NCBI GenBank assembly: GCA_963668315.1
Contig: OY764216.1
Span: 4,000,001 to 4,064,000 of the forward strand
Origin: Spirochaetia bacterium
GTDB lineage: Bacteria > Spirochaetota > Spirochaetia > DSM-2461
DNA: 64,000 bases
Direction of reading: 5' to 3'
Shown: piece after piece, positions 19,832-29,342 of the stretch
How the letters are laid out: the number at the start of each line of letters is the position of its first letter
How positions within the stretch are numbered: position 1 is the stretch's first letter
Program-made: the position numbers and the translations under genes
The notes under the pieces: model-generated
What the model was told of the DNA's origin: nothing
The model's database searches: none
The model's input: only the letters and a program-made list of their open reading frames with translations

Positions 19832-20848
19832 CTATTCCATTTCTCCCATTATGAACTCAGATAGTTCTTCGAGCAAGTCCTTTTTATCGGGAAAAGTCTC
19901 TTCAAGTCCCTTCAGGGCCTCTTCTACGGCATCGGGGCGGTAGGATACTCCCGGGAAAATCCCTTCAAGGGAAGCGATAAGATCGGGATAAAGCGAATCG
20001 GTATAGACAGTGACGGACCTGACGGCGCCGTTCTTCACATCAAAGAGCAGATCCACATGGCCGAGAGCCAGCCTCCCTTCCATCCGATGGGTGAAGGGAG
20101 GGGTTTTCCCGTAGAGCCATTCGGTGGATTTCAGCTTCTCATAGAGCCCGGAAAACCCCTCTTTGCTCCTCATATATTCCCTGTCGATCCGTATCGTGCG
20201 GATTTCTCCCCTGTAGGTCTCCCCGAATTCCCGGCTTATTTCACGGCACAGGGCATCATGATTAATCTCCCCGTTCAGTTCGGCGAGGTTGATAACCCGG
20301 CTCCTTACGGATTTGACGCCCTTGGCTTCCAGTTTCTTCTTCGGGGGGGTCAGGTAACTGCTCAGTCTGCTCAGATCTGTATTGATCAGCAGAGTGCCGT
20401 GATGGAAAGCCCGGTCGCTCAGCTTTCTGAAGGCGCTGCCCGAGAATTTCCGCTCCTCCCCTTCCCACAGAACGGTTAAATCGTTCCGGCCCGATACGGA
20501 GGCATCGACGGAGAACTTTTTCAGAGCCCGGGAGATCATACCAAAGCCTACCCGGGGATCGTAATCGTCCACGCCGGCCAGAAAAGTGAAATTCGTATTC
20601 TGCAGATCATGATAGACGGCCCCGCCTCCGCTCTGGCGGCGGGCCAGGTATACCCCGTCACGTTCCATGACGGCCGTACGGCATTCGGTCCAGGGATTCT
20701 GATACCGTCCGATGACCACCGTGTCCGCGTTTCTCCAAAGATATAAGGTGGGAACGGAGGGATCCATACGCGTGAAGATCCAGTCCTCCACCGCCAGATT
20801 AAACCAGGGTTCGTACTCTTCGGATAAAAAAAGATTCAGTTCCTTCAT
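19832..20848 (-). CDS. lplA: Lipoate-protein ligase A
   Basis: NLAVED, IGRYQNPW, RRQSGGGAVYHD, GRND, KFSGSA, HHGTLL, KGVKSVRSRV motifs. Confidence 0.95.
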   Translation of the reverse strand: MKELNLFLSEEYEPWFNLAVEDWIFTRMDPSVPTLYLWRNADTVVIGRYQNPWTECRTAVMERDGVYLARRQSGGGAVYHDLQNTNFTFLAGVDDYDPRVGFGMISRALKKFSVDASVSGRNDLTVLWEGEERKFSGSAFRKLSDRAFHHGTLLINTDLSRLSSYLTPPKKKLEAKGVKSVRSRVINLAELNGEINHDALCREISREFGETYRGEIRTIRIDREYMRSKEGFSGLYEKLKSTEWLYGKTPPFTHRMEGRLALGHVDLLFDVKNGAVRSVTVYTDSLYPDLIASLEGIFPGVSYRPDAVEEALKGLEETFPDKKDLLEELSEFIMGEME

Positions 20849-21723
20849 GATTTCTCCCTTCCCGCCAGCTGGGAGAGAAGCATGCCCCCCAGCATGAGGG
20901 CACAGCCGAACAGCTGACGGAATGTCAGGACTTCCGCCAGAAATAACGCCCCGGCCAGAGCGGCGAAAGCCCCTTCCATGGACAGAATAATTACCGCATG
21001 GGAGGGGGGAACATGTTTCTGAGCCACAACCTGAAGGGTATAGGCCACCCCCACCGACATGATTCCGCCGTACAGGATCGGAACGGCGGCGAAGCGGATC
21101 CCCTCCCAGGTCGGCGTTTCAAAGATAAAGGCTCCGGCTACGCTGTAAACGGCGCAGAGGGCAAACTGGACAAAGGAGAAGAGAAGGGAATCCAGCCGGG
21201 AAGAGGCCCGTCCCACCACGATGATGTGCAGCGCCCAGAAGAGGGAGCCGATGAGCACGATCAAATCCCCCTTCCCCATATTCAGTCCCTGGGTAATGGA
21301 AAGAAAATAGAGACCGGCCAGTGCCAGGAGAGCCGCAATCCAGCGGATAAGCCCGATCGTCTGCCCCAGAAAATACCCCAGGATGGGAACCAGGACCACA
21401 TAGAAGCCGGTGATGAATCCCCCATTCCCCGCCGTGGTCGTCACAAGGCCAATCTGCTGCAGGGTCGAGGCGGTGAATACCACCGTACCCGCGACAAGTC
21501 CGTACAGAAGATAGGGGCGGACCTGACGATGTTCCGCCGGCAGAGATTTCCAGCGAAGGGCAATAAGAGGAACAAGGGATAAGGGACCGATGACATATCG
21601 GGCGGCGTTATAGGTCAAGGGGCCGATATAATCCATACCGACTCTCTGAGCGACGAAGGCGGTTCCCCAGATTATCGATGTGAGCATCAGAAGCAAATCG
21701 TTGGTGAGTACGTTTTTTTTCAT
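20845..21723 (-). CDS. DMT/EamA-family transporter
   Basis: About 10 TM segments; IWGTAFVAQR, QQIGL..TTAG..GFITG.YVV, AYTLQVVAQK. Confidence 0.9.
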   Translation of the reverse strand: MKKNVLTNDLLLMLTSIIWGTAFVAQRVGMDYIGPLTYNAARYVIGPLSLVPLIALRWKSLPAEHRQVRPYLLYGLVAGTVVFTASTLQQIGLVTTTAGNGGFITGFYVVLVPILGYFLGQTIGLIRWIAALLALAGLYFLSITQGLNMGKGDLIVLIGSLFWALHIIVVGRASSRLDSLLFSFVQFALCAVYSVAGAFIFETPTWEGIRFAAVPILYGGIMSVGVAYTLQVVAQKHVPPSHAVIILSMEGAFAALAGALFLAEVLTFRQLFGCALMLGGMLLSQLAGREKS

Positions 21724-21785
21724 GGACCTATCTTATCCTTAATAGTAAGCCGTGGCAAGTTGGAGCTAAGGAACGGAACCGGCCC

Positions 21786-23060
21786 TTAATACCGGTAGAT
21801 AATTCTCAGATAATAGTTGTCATCCGAAGGATTTCTCCGCAGATCCTCATCGGGCGGATCGGAGAGAAAGATATCTGCCCCCGTTTCAAAGGACCAGAAA
21901 TCGGTAAGACTGAAGGCGGCCCGGGGAGCCAAATAGATGCGGGGATAGAGGAGAGCGGCATTCAGCTGGGCCTTCATTTTTTCACGGAAGAAACTTTTCT
22001 CCATATGCTCCACCACAAAGGCTATCTGCTGGAGGGGCTGATCATGAAATCCCCGGATCTGCTCGGCCAGATAATCTCCGGCCGCCTTGTCCGCCCCGTC
22101 GTCCTCCTTCCCGAAGTTGATGAAATAGGAGTAAACGATGCTTGTCTGGGAAAGAATACCCCAGGGAAGATTGGCCAGGAGCTGCGTATTGACCGTTATA
22201 TCGGAATATTGCGCGCCCCTGTCCTTTCCCTCCCAGTTATCCGTAATATTCAGGGCGAAATCCTGGGAGAGGGTGGTATTTCCCAATCCGGTGGAATAGG
22301 CCAGTCCGATGGTCTGCTTTCTGTTATAAACGGGGGTGATTACCGACGGCGTTGCGGAGTCGATCACCTCAAAGCTAAAGTCCGGGGTGTTTTCCACGTA
22401 ATTACCGTAGAGAAACTGCCAGTCCATCTTCTCACCGTAGCGGCTGTAGCAGAAGAAAAAAGAATGAAGGCTGTCGGTAATATAGGCGTCATCGGACCAC
22501 TGGATGGTATCCTGTGTATCCGGGAGGTATACATCTCCGGCCTGTTCCCTGTCCGGTCTTGTAACGGGTACATAGATAAATTCCAGGGTATCGGAAAAGG
22601 TGGGATAGTACTTCACCTGAAACAGGGGATCGGCCCGGCGGTTGTCATAGGATTCGTCCAGGCTCAAAAGAACGCTGTTTTTGCTGTGCAAGGCGTTCAG
22701 CGGGCCGTAGACATCGGCAAACCCCGTGGTAATCAGCTTCTGCCCCAGGAAAAAATCGAAATTACCCGCCGGCAGAAAAAGATACGCCTCATCCAGGATA
22801 TCGGCGGGTTCGATGGACTCCTCATCCCCTTCAAGCTGGGTCCAGAGACGGGCCGAAAGGGTCCACTCCAGAACCGTGTCATCATCGTATCCGTTGAAAT
22901 AGGGCCGCATGTAAATCCGGCTTCGCAAGTTCTCATACCCTTCGGACGGTTCGATTCCCCCGTAATAATCCCAGAAACCGGTAAAACGGAACTCCTGGGC
23001 GTACAGGGAAAAGGATTCCAGAAGGACAATCGCTGCCAGAATGAATGCCAGACGTTTCAC
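21786..23060 (-). CDS. Putative outer-membrane beta-barrel protein
   Basis: GTG start after AGGAGG; signal peptide; aromatic-rich strands (EAYL, GQK...G.AD); C-terminal YLRIIYRY beta-signal-like end. Confidence 0.65.
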   Translation of the reverse strand: MKRLAFILAAIVLLESFSLYAQEFRFTGFWDYYGGIEPSEGYENLRSRIYMRPYFNGYDDDTVLEWTLSARLWTQLEGDEESIEPADILDEAYLFLPAGNFDFFLGQKLITTGFADVYGPLNALHSKNSVLLSLDESYDNRRADPLFQVKYYPTFSDTLEFIYVPVTRPDREQAGDVYLPDTQDTIQWSDDAYITDSLHSFFFCYSRYGEKMDWQFLYGNYVENTPDFSFEVIDSATPSVITPVYNRKQTIGLAYSTGLGNTTLSQDFALNITDNWEGKDRGAQYSDITVNTQLLANLPWGILSQTSIVYSYFINFGKEDDGADKAAGDYLAEQIRGFHDQPLQQIAFVVEHMEKSFFREKMKAQLNAALLYPRIYLAPRAAFSLTDFWSFETGADIFLSDPPDEDLRRNPSDDNYYLRIIYRY

Positions 23061-23070
23061 AGGCCCCCTC

Positions 23071-23844
23071 CTACTGATTCTGAAGATAGCGGGTGGTAAA
23101 GTAACTGTCGGGGATTTCATCCGTATTGGCGTTACTTACTTCGATAACCGATTTATGGCCGGACTGAACATTGGTCATGGAAACCTTCGAGGGATAGATC
23201 GTGGGACCGAAGACGAGAAAGCCCTCGGCTTCGTATACTTTGAGCAGATCCCCGTTGAAATCGTAATATTCCCGGCGGTGAAGCATGTAGTTGTCCTTGC
23301 GGTGATAGCTCAGCGTATAGGAGTAGCCGATATCCTGCTGCACCTCGTTTGTCTTTCCCCAGGATTTGACGGCGTAGCAGTCCACTCCGTCTATGGTGGC
23401 ATCTTCGAGCATTTCGAAGTTCAGATCCTTCAGGTCGTCGCTGATTAGGTCGCGGTAGGTGAAATCGCTGCCCATGAAATATCCGCCGCCGGAGCTCTCC
23501 AGAGCGATGCGCTTGATTCTTCTGACGGCGGGAAGGTAGATCCACATATTGTTCTCCCTTTCGTCGAAATAGGAGTGCATGAGCAGTCCCGTTCCCCTCA
23601 CGGTGGCGGGGAAATCGAACAGAAACAGGCGGTTGTTCTGCTCATCGCCGATGTTTTTCTGATACACCCGGGCTTTTATCTCCCTGACATCCCCCTTCTG
23701 AGAAATCAGGGACACATTAAACTCCCCCTGAATGGAGGGAACGTTGAGAGTTTTCAGAAAATTGTCCATCAGTTCGTCAACGGTGATAGCTCCGGCGGGC
23801 AGCAGGATAGCCGTAAGCAAGAGGAGCAGGCTAATTTTTTTCAT
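23071..23844 (-). CDS. LolA-like outer-membrane lipoprotein-sorting protein
   Basis: F..PA.VRGTGLL, WIYLPAVRRIKRI, FMGSDFTY.D, YYD..G.LLK, F...YL motifs. Confidence 0.85.
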   Translation of the reverse strand: MKKISLLLLLTAILLPAGAITVDELMDNFLKTLNVPSIQGEFNVSLISQKGDVREIKARVYQKNIGDEQNNRLFLFDFPATVRGTGLLMHSYFDERENNMWIYLPAVRRIKRIALESSGGGYFMGSDFTYRDLISDDLKDLNFEMLEDATIDGVDCYAVKSWGKTNEVQQDIGYSYTLSYHRKDNYMLHRREYYDFNGDLLKVYEAEGFLVFGPTIYPSKVSMTNVQSGHKSVIEVSNANTDEIPDSYFTTRYLQNQ

Positions 23845-26047
23845 CGGTTTTTTTCTCCTTTTCTAATCGAATGGGCAGGGTGATAAGGGGTATGAGATAG
23901 AGGCTGAAAAAGAAAGACAGTATCAGGGAAATCATTAGGAGAAATCCCAGGTTCCGCGCTCCCTGAAAGGAAGAGAAGAACAGTACGGAAAAGGACAGGA
24001 GGGAGGTCAGAAAACTGAGGAAAATGGGTACACCCGAATATCCGAATACCCGGGAGAAACCTTTTTCCAGAGAACCCACCGGCCCCATCTTGTCCAGGGC
24101 GACAAGGGTATGGATGCTGTAATCGATAACAAGCCCCGTTATGATGGCGACAAAGATAATGGAAAACGTATCGATGCTCAGTCCCGCCGTTCCTATGATT
24201 CCGAAGGATATGATCATGCTGATGGCCCCCGGAACCAGACTGAGAAATGCCAGGGAGAGCTTTCGGTAAAAGAAGAGGACCGTAATGAAGATAAGAAAGC
24301 TTCCGCAGAAGAAGGAGAGTCCCCAGTTCTGTCTCAGGGTCGTCTGTTCCTCTTCAAGCTGACTGACCATACCGTGGATGGTCAGGGACCAGCCTTCCGG
24401 CAGGGAAGCGGAGATCTCATCGGTGATGGTATAGAATCGTTCCAGATCCTCCGAACTGCGGTAGAAGAGCAGTCCCTTGATGGAAAAATACCTCAGGGAG
24501 TTGTCCAGAAGGGACTCGTATTCCAGGGGATCAACACTGGAGGAGTAATAGAGCAGATACTGCTCTATAAGGGCATCGTAAAAATCGTCATATTCGCTGC
24601 TGGTAAGGAAAGACTCTTCGTCTCCCATGAAATAAAAATTCATCCGCTTGAGAACGGAAAGAAGGGAAAAGGCGTACCCCACGTCACCCTCTTCCAGCTT
24701 CTTGTGCATTTCGTTTACGGCGAGGATGGAATCCTTTTTTAATATCCCGTTCCCCTCTCCGGTGTCCACTTCGAGGAAAAAAGGCACGGTTCCGTAGAAC
24801 TGTTCGTTGATTTTCCTGTCGGCCTTCTTAATGGTGGTGGACTCGGGAAGCTGCTGGATGGGATAGGGTTCTATGGTCAGCCGGAAAAGCTGGATCCCCC
24901 CCCAGACGACGGAGAGCAGAATCAGGATATATAAGATTTTCCTGTTCCTCACAAGGAAGGAGAAAAGATGCACGTTTATGGACTGGAACCGGGGGAAAAG
25001 GCGGCCTTCGCGATAGGGATAGCGTGAACAATCGAGCCAGAAGAAGACCCCCAGCCACGTCATGATCACGGCGGCTCCCATGATAAGGGCCACCTGCAGA
25101 TGACCCGAGCCGTTGATAAGACTCAGGGAGAGAAAACCGGTCAGCGTGGAAAGGGCCGTCAGGGAGAGGGGAAAGATAAGGACTTTCTTGACATTCAGAT
25201 CGATTCCCGCCCTTCTCGGTGTGAAAATATGGTGGTAAAAGAGGTGGATGAGATAATCGCTGAGGAGCCCCAGGCTGAAAACGGGGATCAGAAGGATGAG
25301 GGGAGAATCGGGAATTCCCATGAAGTGGACCAGACCGTAGGAAAAGGTAACGGAAAGGAGAATAAGAAAGAGGGAAACGAGGATAACCCGTACGCTTCTA
25401 AAAAACGAGAAAACCGCCACGACCATTATGACCAGCAGGGGAAAGAAGAGAACGATATCGCCAGTGAGTAGCGATTCGGTCTCGGCTATGATGGGCCCCC
25501 TCCCGGTATATTCGAAGGAGACCCTCCCCTTCCAGTCATTCTGAATCTGCTTGATTCCAAGGTGTATCTGACGGGATGATGTTTTGTTGCCGAAGTAGAG
25601 ATAGAAAAGCAGGGTATCCCGGTTCTCATTAATATAGGGGGAAAGCTCAGGATAGTCGCTGAGTTCACCGGCGAGATTTTCCAGATAGGACCGGTCGATT
25701 CTGTCCGCGTCAGCCGGAATGGCCCTCTGGACAATAATATCGTCATAACTGGATATGACCCGTGAGGCATTCAAAATGGACTCCACCCGGGAAAGCCCTT
25801 CCAGGGAGGAAAAGTCCTCCTGGAGCCGCTTCAGCAGAGCGATATCTCCGGGATTGGTAAACTCCAGTCCGCTGCCTTTAAGATCGGCCACGGCGATAAC
25901 CACATTCCTCTGCGGCACAAGCAGTTCGCCTTCCTTCTCGGCATACAAATTCACTTCATCACTCTCAGCACCCCGCTGAAAAGGAGACCATAGGAAGAAA
26001 ACCGAAACACATGCCAGTGTCAAAAGGAGATATAGTTGACGCCTCAT
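23831..26047 (-). CDS. MMPL/RND-family lipid transporter
   Basis: Two repeats of large loop plus TM bundle with GLLSDYLIH and GLVIDYSIH, LTALSTLTGFLSL. Start ATG 26047, 6 nt after TATACT. Confidence 0.85.
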   Translation of the reverse strand: MRRQLYLLLTLACVSVFFLWSPFQRGAESDEVNLYAEKEGELLVPQRNVVIAVADLKGSGLEFTNPGDIALLKRLQEDFSSLEGLSRVESILNASRVISSYDDIIVQRAIPADADRIDRSYLENLAGELSDYPELSPYINENRDTLLFYLYFGNKTSSRQIHLGIKQIQNDWKGRVSFEYTGRGPIIAETESLLTGDIVLFFPLLVIMVVAVFSFFRSVRVILVSLFLILLSVTFSYGLVHFMGIPDSPLILLIPVFSLGLLSDYLIHLFYHHIFTPRRAGIDLNVKKVLIFPLSLTALSTLTGFLSLSLINGSGHLQVALIMGAAVIMTWLGVFFWLDCSRYPYREGRLFPRFQSINVHLFSFLVRNRKILYILILLSVVWGGIQLFRLTIEPYPIQQLPESTTIKKADRKINEQFYGTVPFFLEVDTGEGNGILKKDSILAVNEMHKKLEEGDVGYAFSLLSVLKRMNFYFMGDEESFLTSSEYDDFYDALIEQYLLYYSSSVDPLEYESLLDNSLRYFSIKGLLFYRSSEDLERFYTITDEISASLPEGWSLTIHGMVSQLEEEQTTLRQNWGLSFFCGSFLIFITVLFFYRKLSLAFLSLVPGAISMIISFGIIGTAGLSIDTFSIIFVAIITGLVIDYSIHTLVALDKMGPVGSLEKGFSRVFGYSGVPIFLSFLTSLLSFSVLFFSSFQGARNLGFLLMISLILSFFFSLYLIPLITLPIRLEKEKKTDEKN

Positions 26048-26161
26048 ACTAGCAGTATACTCATTTTCCCGTAAAAAACTATCGGAGAGGGGATATTTTA
26101 TCCCTTTTCTCCGGAAAAGGAACAAATGAACACCTCCATTCTCTCCTGTGACTTCTCCGGT

Positions 26162-26228
26162 TTGACAAAGGGAAAAGCCCATGATATCATTGTTTCTATA
26201 CAGAATCCATGTTTCTATATAGAAACAT
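26162..26228 (+). promoter_or_regulatory. sigma70 promoter and tandem palindromic operator for kduI
   Basis: TTGACA (26162)-N17-TATCAT (26185, with upstream TG); perfect palindrome ATGTTTCTATATAGAAACAT 26209-26228 plus a degenerate copy at 26190-26209. Confidence 0.75.
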
Positions 26229-26244
26229 AATAGGGAGAATGAAA

Positions 26245-27078
26245 ATGATGGATATCAGACACCCGGTACATCCGGATCATGGAAAGAAAATGGATACGGC
26301 GGAGCTGAGGAAGGAATTCCTGATTCAGAATTTATTCACCTCCGATGAAATAACTCTGGTGTACAGCCATATCGACCGTATCATAACCGGGGGAATCTTT
26401 CCGGTGAATAAGACCCTGACCTTGAAAGGAGCCAAGGAGCTGGCTAGCGAATTTTTCTTCGAAGGCCGGGAGGGGGGCATTATCAACATAGGCGGAGAGG
26501 GAACCATTGTCCTTGACGGGACCTCCTATGATATGAATTCGAAGGACGGCTTCTATATCGGCAGGGGAACCCGGGAAGTAAGCTTTTCCAGCAGGGACAG
26601 CAAAAATCCGGCTAAATTCTATTTCCTCTCCGGACCGGCCCATCACAGCTACCCCTCCAAGTGGATTCCCCTCTCCGAAGCGAACGAAGTCCACCTGGGA
26701 AGCCTGGAAGAGTCTAATGAGAGAACGATCCATCAGTATGTCCACCCCGCGGTGCTGGAGAGCTGTCAGCTCTGTATGGGCATGACCATTCTCGAGCCTA
26801 ACTGCGTCTGGAATACCATGCCTGTTCATACCCACGAAAGACGGATGGAAGTCTATTTCTACTTTAATATGGACGAGGATACGGTCGTTTTCCATCTCAT
26901 GGGAAAACCCGATGAGACGCGCCATATCGTCATGAGAAATGAAGAAGCGGTGATCTCGCCCAGCTGGTCCATCCACTCGGGAGTAGGAACCAAGAACTAT
27001 ACTTTCATCTGGGGCATGGTAGGCGAAAACAAGACCTTTACCGATATGGACCATGTGGCCATGACCGACATTAAGTAA
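26245..27078 (+). CDS. kduI: 4-deoxy-L-threo-5-hexosulose-uronate ketol-isomerase
   Basis: [50 protein letters not shown] motifs. Confidence 0.96.
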   Translation: MMDIRHPVHPDHGKKMDTAELRKEFLIQNLFTSDEITLVYSHIDRIITGGIFPVNKTLTLKGAKELASEFFFEGREGGIINIGGEGTIVLDGTSYDMNSKDGFYIGRGTREVSFSSRDSKNPAKFYFLSGPAHHSYPSKWIPLSEANEVHLGSLEESNERTIHQYVHPAVLESCQLCMGMTILEPNCVWNTMPVHTHERRMEVYFYFNMDEDTVVFHLMGKPDETRHIVMRNEEAVISPSWSIHSGVGTKNYTFIWGMVGENKTFTDMDHVAMTDIK

Positions 27079-27098
27079 TGATGCCCCCGGGAGAACCT

Positions 27099-27857
27099 AT
27101 GCCGTCACCCTACACCATTCCGGTGCTCAAAAAATCCTTCGCTGTTCTCAAGTGTCTTTCCGAACAGGAGGGAGGAATGACCTTGAGCGAAATCATCTCC
27201 GCCACCGCCCTTCCGAAATCAACGGTGTATAAAATACTATATACACTGGTCGAGGAGGATGGGGTGAAAAAGGAGAAGGACCGGTTCTTCCTGGGAAGCA
27301 TTCTTATACACTACGGATTAAAAACCCTCTCGGAACGGGATCTGGTGAAAACATCGGCTCCCTATCTGATCAAACTGATGGAAGAGACGGGGGAGACCAC
27401 CCACCTGACCGTCCCCGCCGACAGACAGAGTCTGATTCTCAACGTGGTTCAAACGGCCCACCCCATCCGTTTTGCCTCTTCCGTCGGCTCCCTCTTCCCC
27501 CTCTACTGCACGTCCCACGGCAAAGTCATTCTGGCCCACACGAAGGATTTCACCCTGGATGAGTACCTTTCCGCCACTCCCCTTGTCAGAAAGACCGCCC
27601 ATACCATAACGGACAGGAAAAATCTGGAAAAGGAGCTGGAAACCATAAGAGAACAGGGCTATTCGATGGACGAACTGGAATATGCCGATGACATCCGCTG
27701 CTGCGCGGCCGGTATATTCGGCAGTACGGGAGAGCTTCTCGGAGTCCTGGGAATCACGGCTACCACCATTACCTTCGTCAGGGAGCGGATAGAGGAAGTC
27801 TCCCGGGCGGTGATGAGAACGGCGGAAGAAATATCAAGGGAAATGGGCGCGCCCTGA
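27099..27857 (+). CDS. IclR-family regulator
   Basis: N-terminal HTH LPKSTVYKIL, ETGET.HL, PLYCTS.GK, GYSMD..E, CCAA.I. Confidence 0.92.
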   Translation: MPSPYTIPVLKKSFAVLKCLSEQEGGMTLSEIISATALPKSTVYKILYTLVEEDGVKKEKDRFFLGSILIHYGLKTLSERDLVKTSAPYLIKLMEETGETTHLTVPADRQSLILNVVQTAHPIRFASSVGSLFPLYCTSHGKVILAHTKDFTLDEYLSATPLVRKTAHTITDRKNLEKELETIREQGYSMDELEYADDIRCCAAGIFGSTGELLGVLGITATTITFVRERIEEVSRAVMRTAEEISREMGAP

Positions 27858-27956
27858 ACCGGCTGCCCTCAAAGCAGAACGACCGGGGAAAACTGATGAT
27901 TCGGGGAAAAAATCCTTTCCTGATAGTATATGGAAAAATTATGCTACAGCAGGACA

Positions 27957-28619
27957 ATGGCGGCGGCGGAAGGCACCCTGAGACCCCGGGAGAAGCTGAT
28001 GAGCCATGGTGCGGAGAGTCTTAACGACCGGGAACTGATGGCTTTGCTTCTGGGATCGGGCTGCGGGGGAAAGGACGTCATGCGCCTATCCGGTGAGATT
28101 ATCCGCCTTCTGGAAAGGAAAGACTTCCGGATTGAACCGGAAGATCTGAAACAGATCAAGGGTATCGGGAAAGCGAAATCCTGCCTGATCCTGGCCGTAC
28201 ATGAATATGCCCGGAGAATGACGGGAGATTCGGGGATGAAAATAAGCCATCCCGAAACGGTTCAGAAAATTCTGTTCAATTATGCAGGAAGAAGCTCGGA
28301 GTTGTTTTTTACCCTGACGCTGAACGGAGCGCACGAACTGATAAGCCGGCATATCGTATCCACGGGAAACCTGAACCGCGTTTTCGTTCAGCCGAGAGAG
28401 GTCTTTCTGGAAGCGATCAGAGAGAACTCCGCGGCCATCATCATAGCCCATAATCATCCTTCCGGTTCCCTCATTCCCAGCGAAGAGGATAAAAACATGA
28501 CAAGACGACTTTCTGAGATATCCCGCCTGCTCAATATCCCCCTCCTCGATCATATCATTTTCAGCCGAAAAGGGTATTACAGTTTTCTCGAGCAGGGCTT
28601 GCTCAAGGATGAATCATGA
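27957..28619 (+). CDS. radC: RadC/JAB-domain protein
   Basis: RPREKL...GAESL.D.EL.ALLL, GIGKAK, PREVF, AHNHPSG...PS.ED, LLDHII. Confidence 0.92.
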   Translation: MAAAEGTLRPREKLMSHGAESLNDRELMALLLGSGCGGKDVMRLSGEIIRLLERKDFRIEPEDLKQIKGIGKAKSCLILAVHEYARRMTGDSGMKISHPETVQKILFNYAGRSSELFFTLTLNGAHELISRHIVSTGNLNRVFVQPREVFLEAIRENSAAIIIAHNHPSGSLIPSEEDKNMTRRLSEISRLLNIPLLDHIIFSRKGYYSFLEQGLLKDES

Positions 28620-28949
28620 AAAATTTTCAACGATGCGCTCCAGCTGCGGCTCAATGACATCGAGAACGATATATCTGGCTTCGCGGAAAAGCTCTCTCCG
28701 GTCCCGAAACAAAAGCAGGGCCGGTACGGTGAATACGGAATACTGTCCCCCTATTTTCGGATCGCTGCTCAAGTCGATGTAATAACCGTTTATCTCCGGA
28801 TGTCTGGAAAGCATCTCTTCCACCCTGGGGCGGACCACATCGCAGACACCGCAATCGGGCTGAGTCATATAGAGAAGATGGAATTGCGAATCCTCTTGTA
28901 AAATTGTCTCCAACTGTTCAAAGTCAGTTATTTTCTGTTTGAATGACAT
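28614..28949 (-). CDS. Thioredoxin-family protein
   Basis: CGVC motif, VFTVP cis-Pro loop, ELFREARYI. Confidence 0.85.
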   Translation of the reverse strand: MSFKQKITDFEQLETILQEDSQFHLLYMTQPDCGVCDVVRPRVEEMLSRHPEINGYYIDLSSDPKIGGQYSVFTVPALLLFRDRRELFREARYIVLDVIEPQLERIVENFS

Positions 28950-28992
28950 GTGTATATAGTATTATTTTAATATACAAAAGTAAAGCTATTTT

Positions 28993-29256
28993 TCAGGATG
29001 GGGACTCAAATATCTCTTTAGCCAGAACAGAACGGGCTTCCACACCGTCAAGCCGGCCGATTTTACCGGTCATGGCACCAATCTCGTCGGTAGAACCCTC
29101 GACAATCAGAGAAATGACACTGATCTGACTATCGGGAAAGGGAAGCCCCATCCGTCCCCGGATGATAGAGCCGTATTCAGAGAGAGTACGGTTCAGTCTC
29201 TCCACCGAATCCTTGTTTTTTACTATAAGAGTAACACCGCCGATACGCTTTTTCAT
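28993..29256 (-). CDS. ACT-like putative regulator (TM1266 family, FeFe-hydrogenase-associated)
   Basis: MKKRIG...LN..LSEY..II.GRMGLP...VISL.V.G..DEI.A..GKIG.L.GV pattern. Confidence 0.8.
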   Translation of the reverse strand: MKKRIGGVTLIVKNKDSVERLNRTLSEYGSIIRGRMGLPFPDSQISVISLIVEGSTDEIGAMTGKIGRLDGVEARSVLAKEIFESPS

Positions 29257-29342
29257 AGGGGTATTGTAAAAAGAGGGGGGAAACCGGTCAAGCCCGCCCC
29301 GTGCGCTTTGACAGGACCATCCCCATTTCTTATACTGTCCCC

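Noticed and set aside
27957..28619. radC as a mobile-element marker
   Set aside because: It is the full-length chromosomal type with an N-terminal HhH region, in a housekeeping context.
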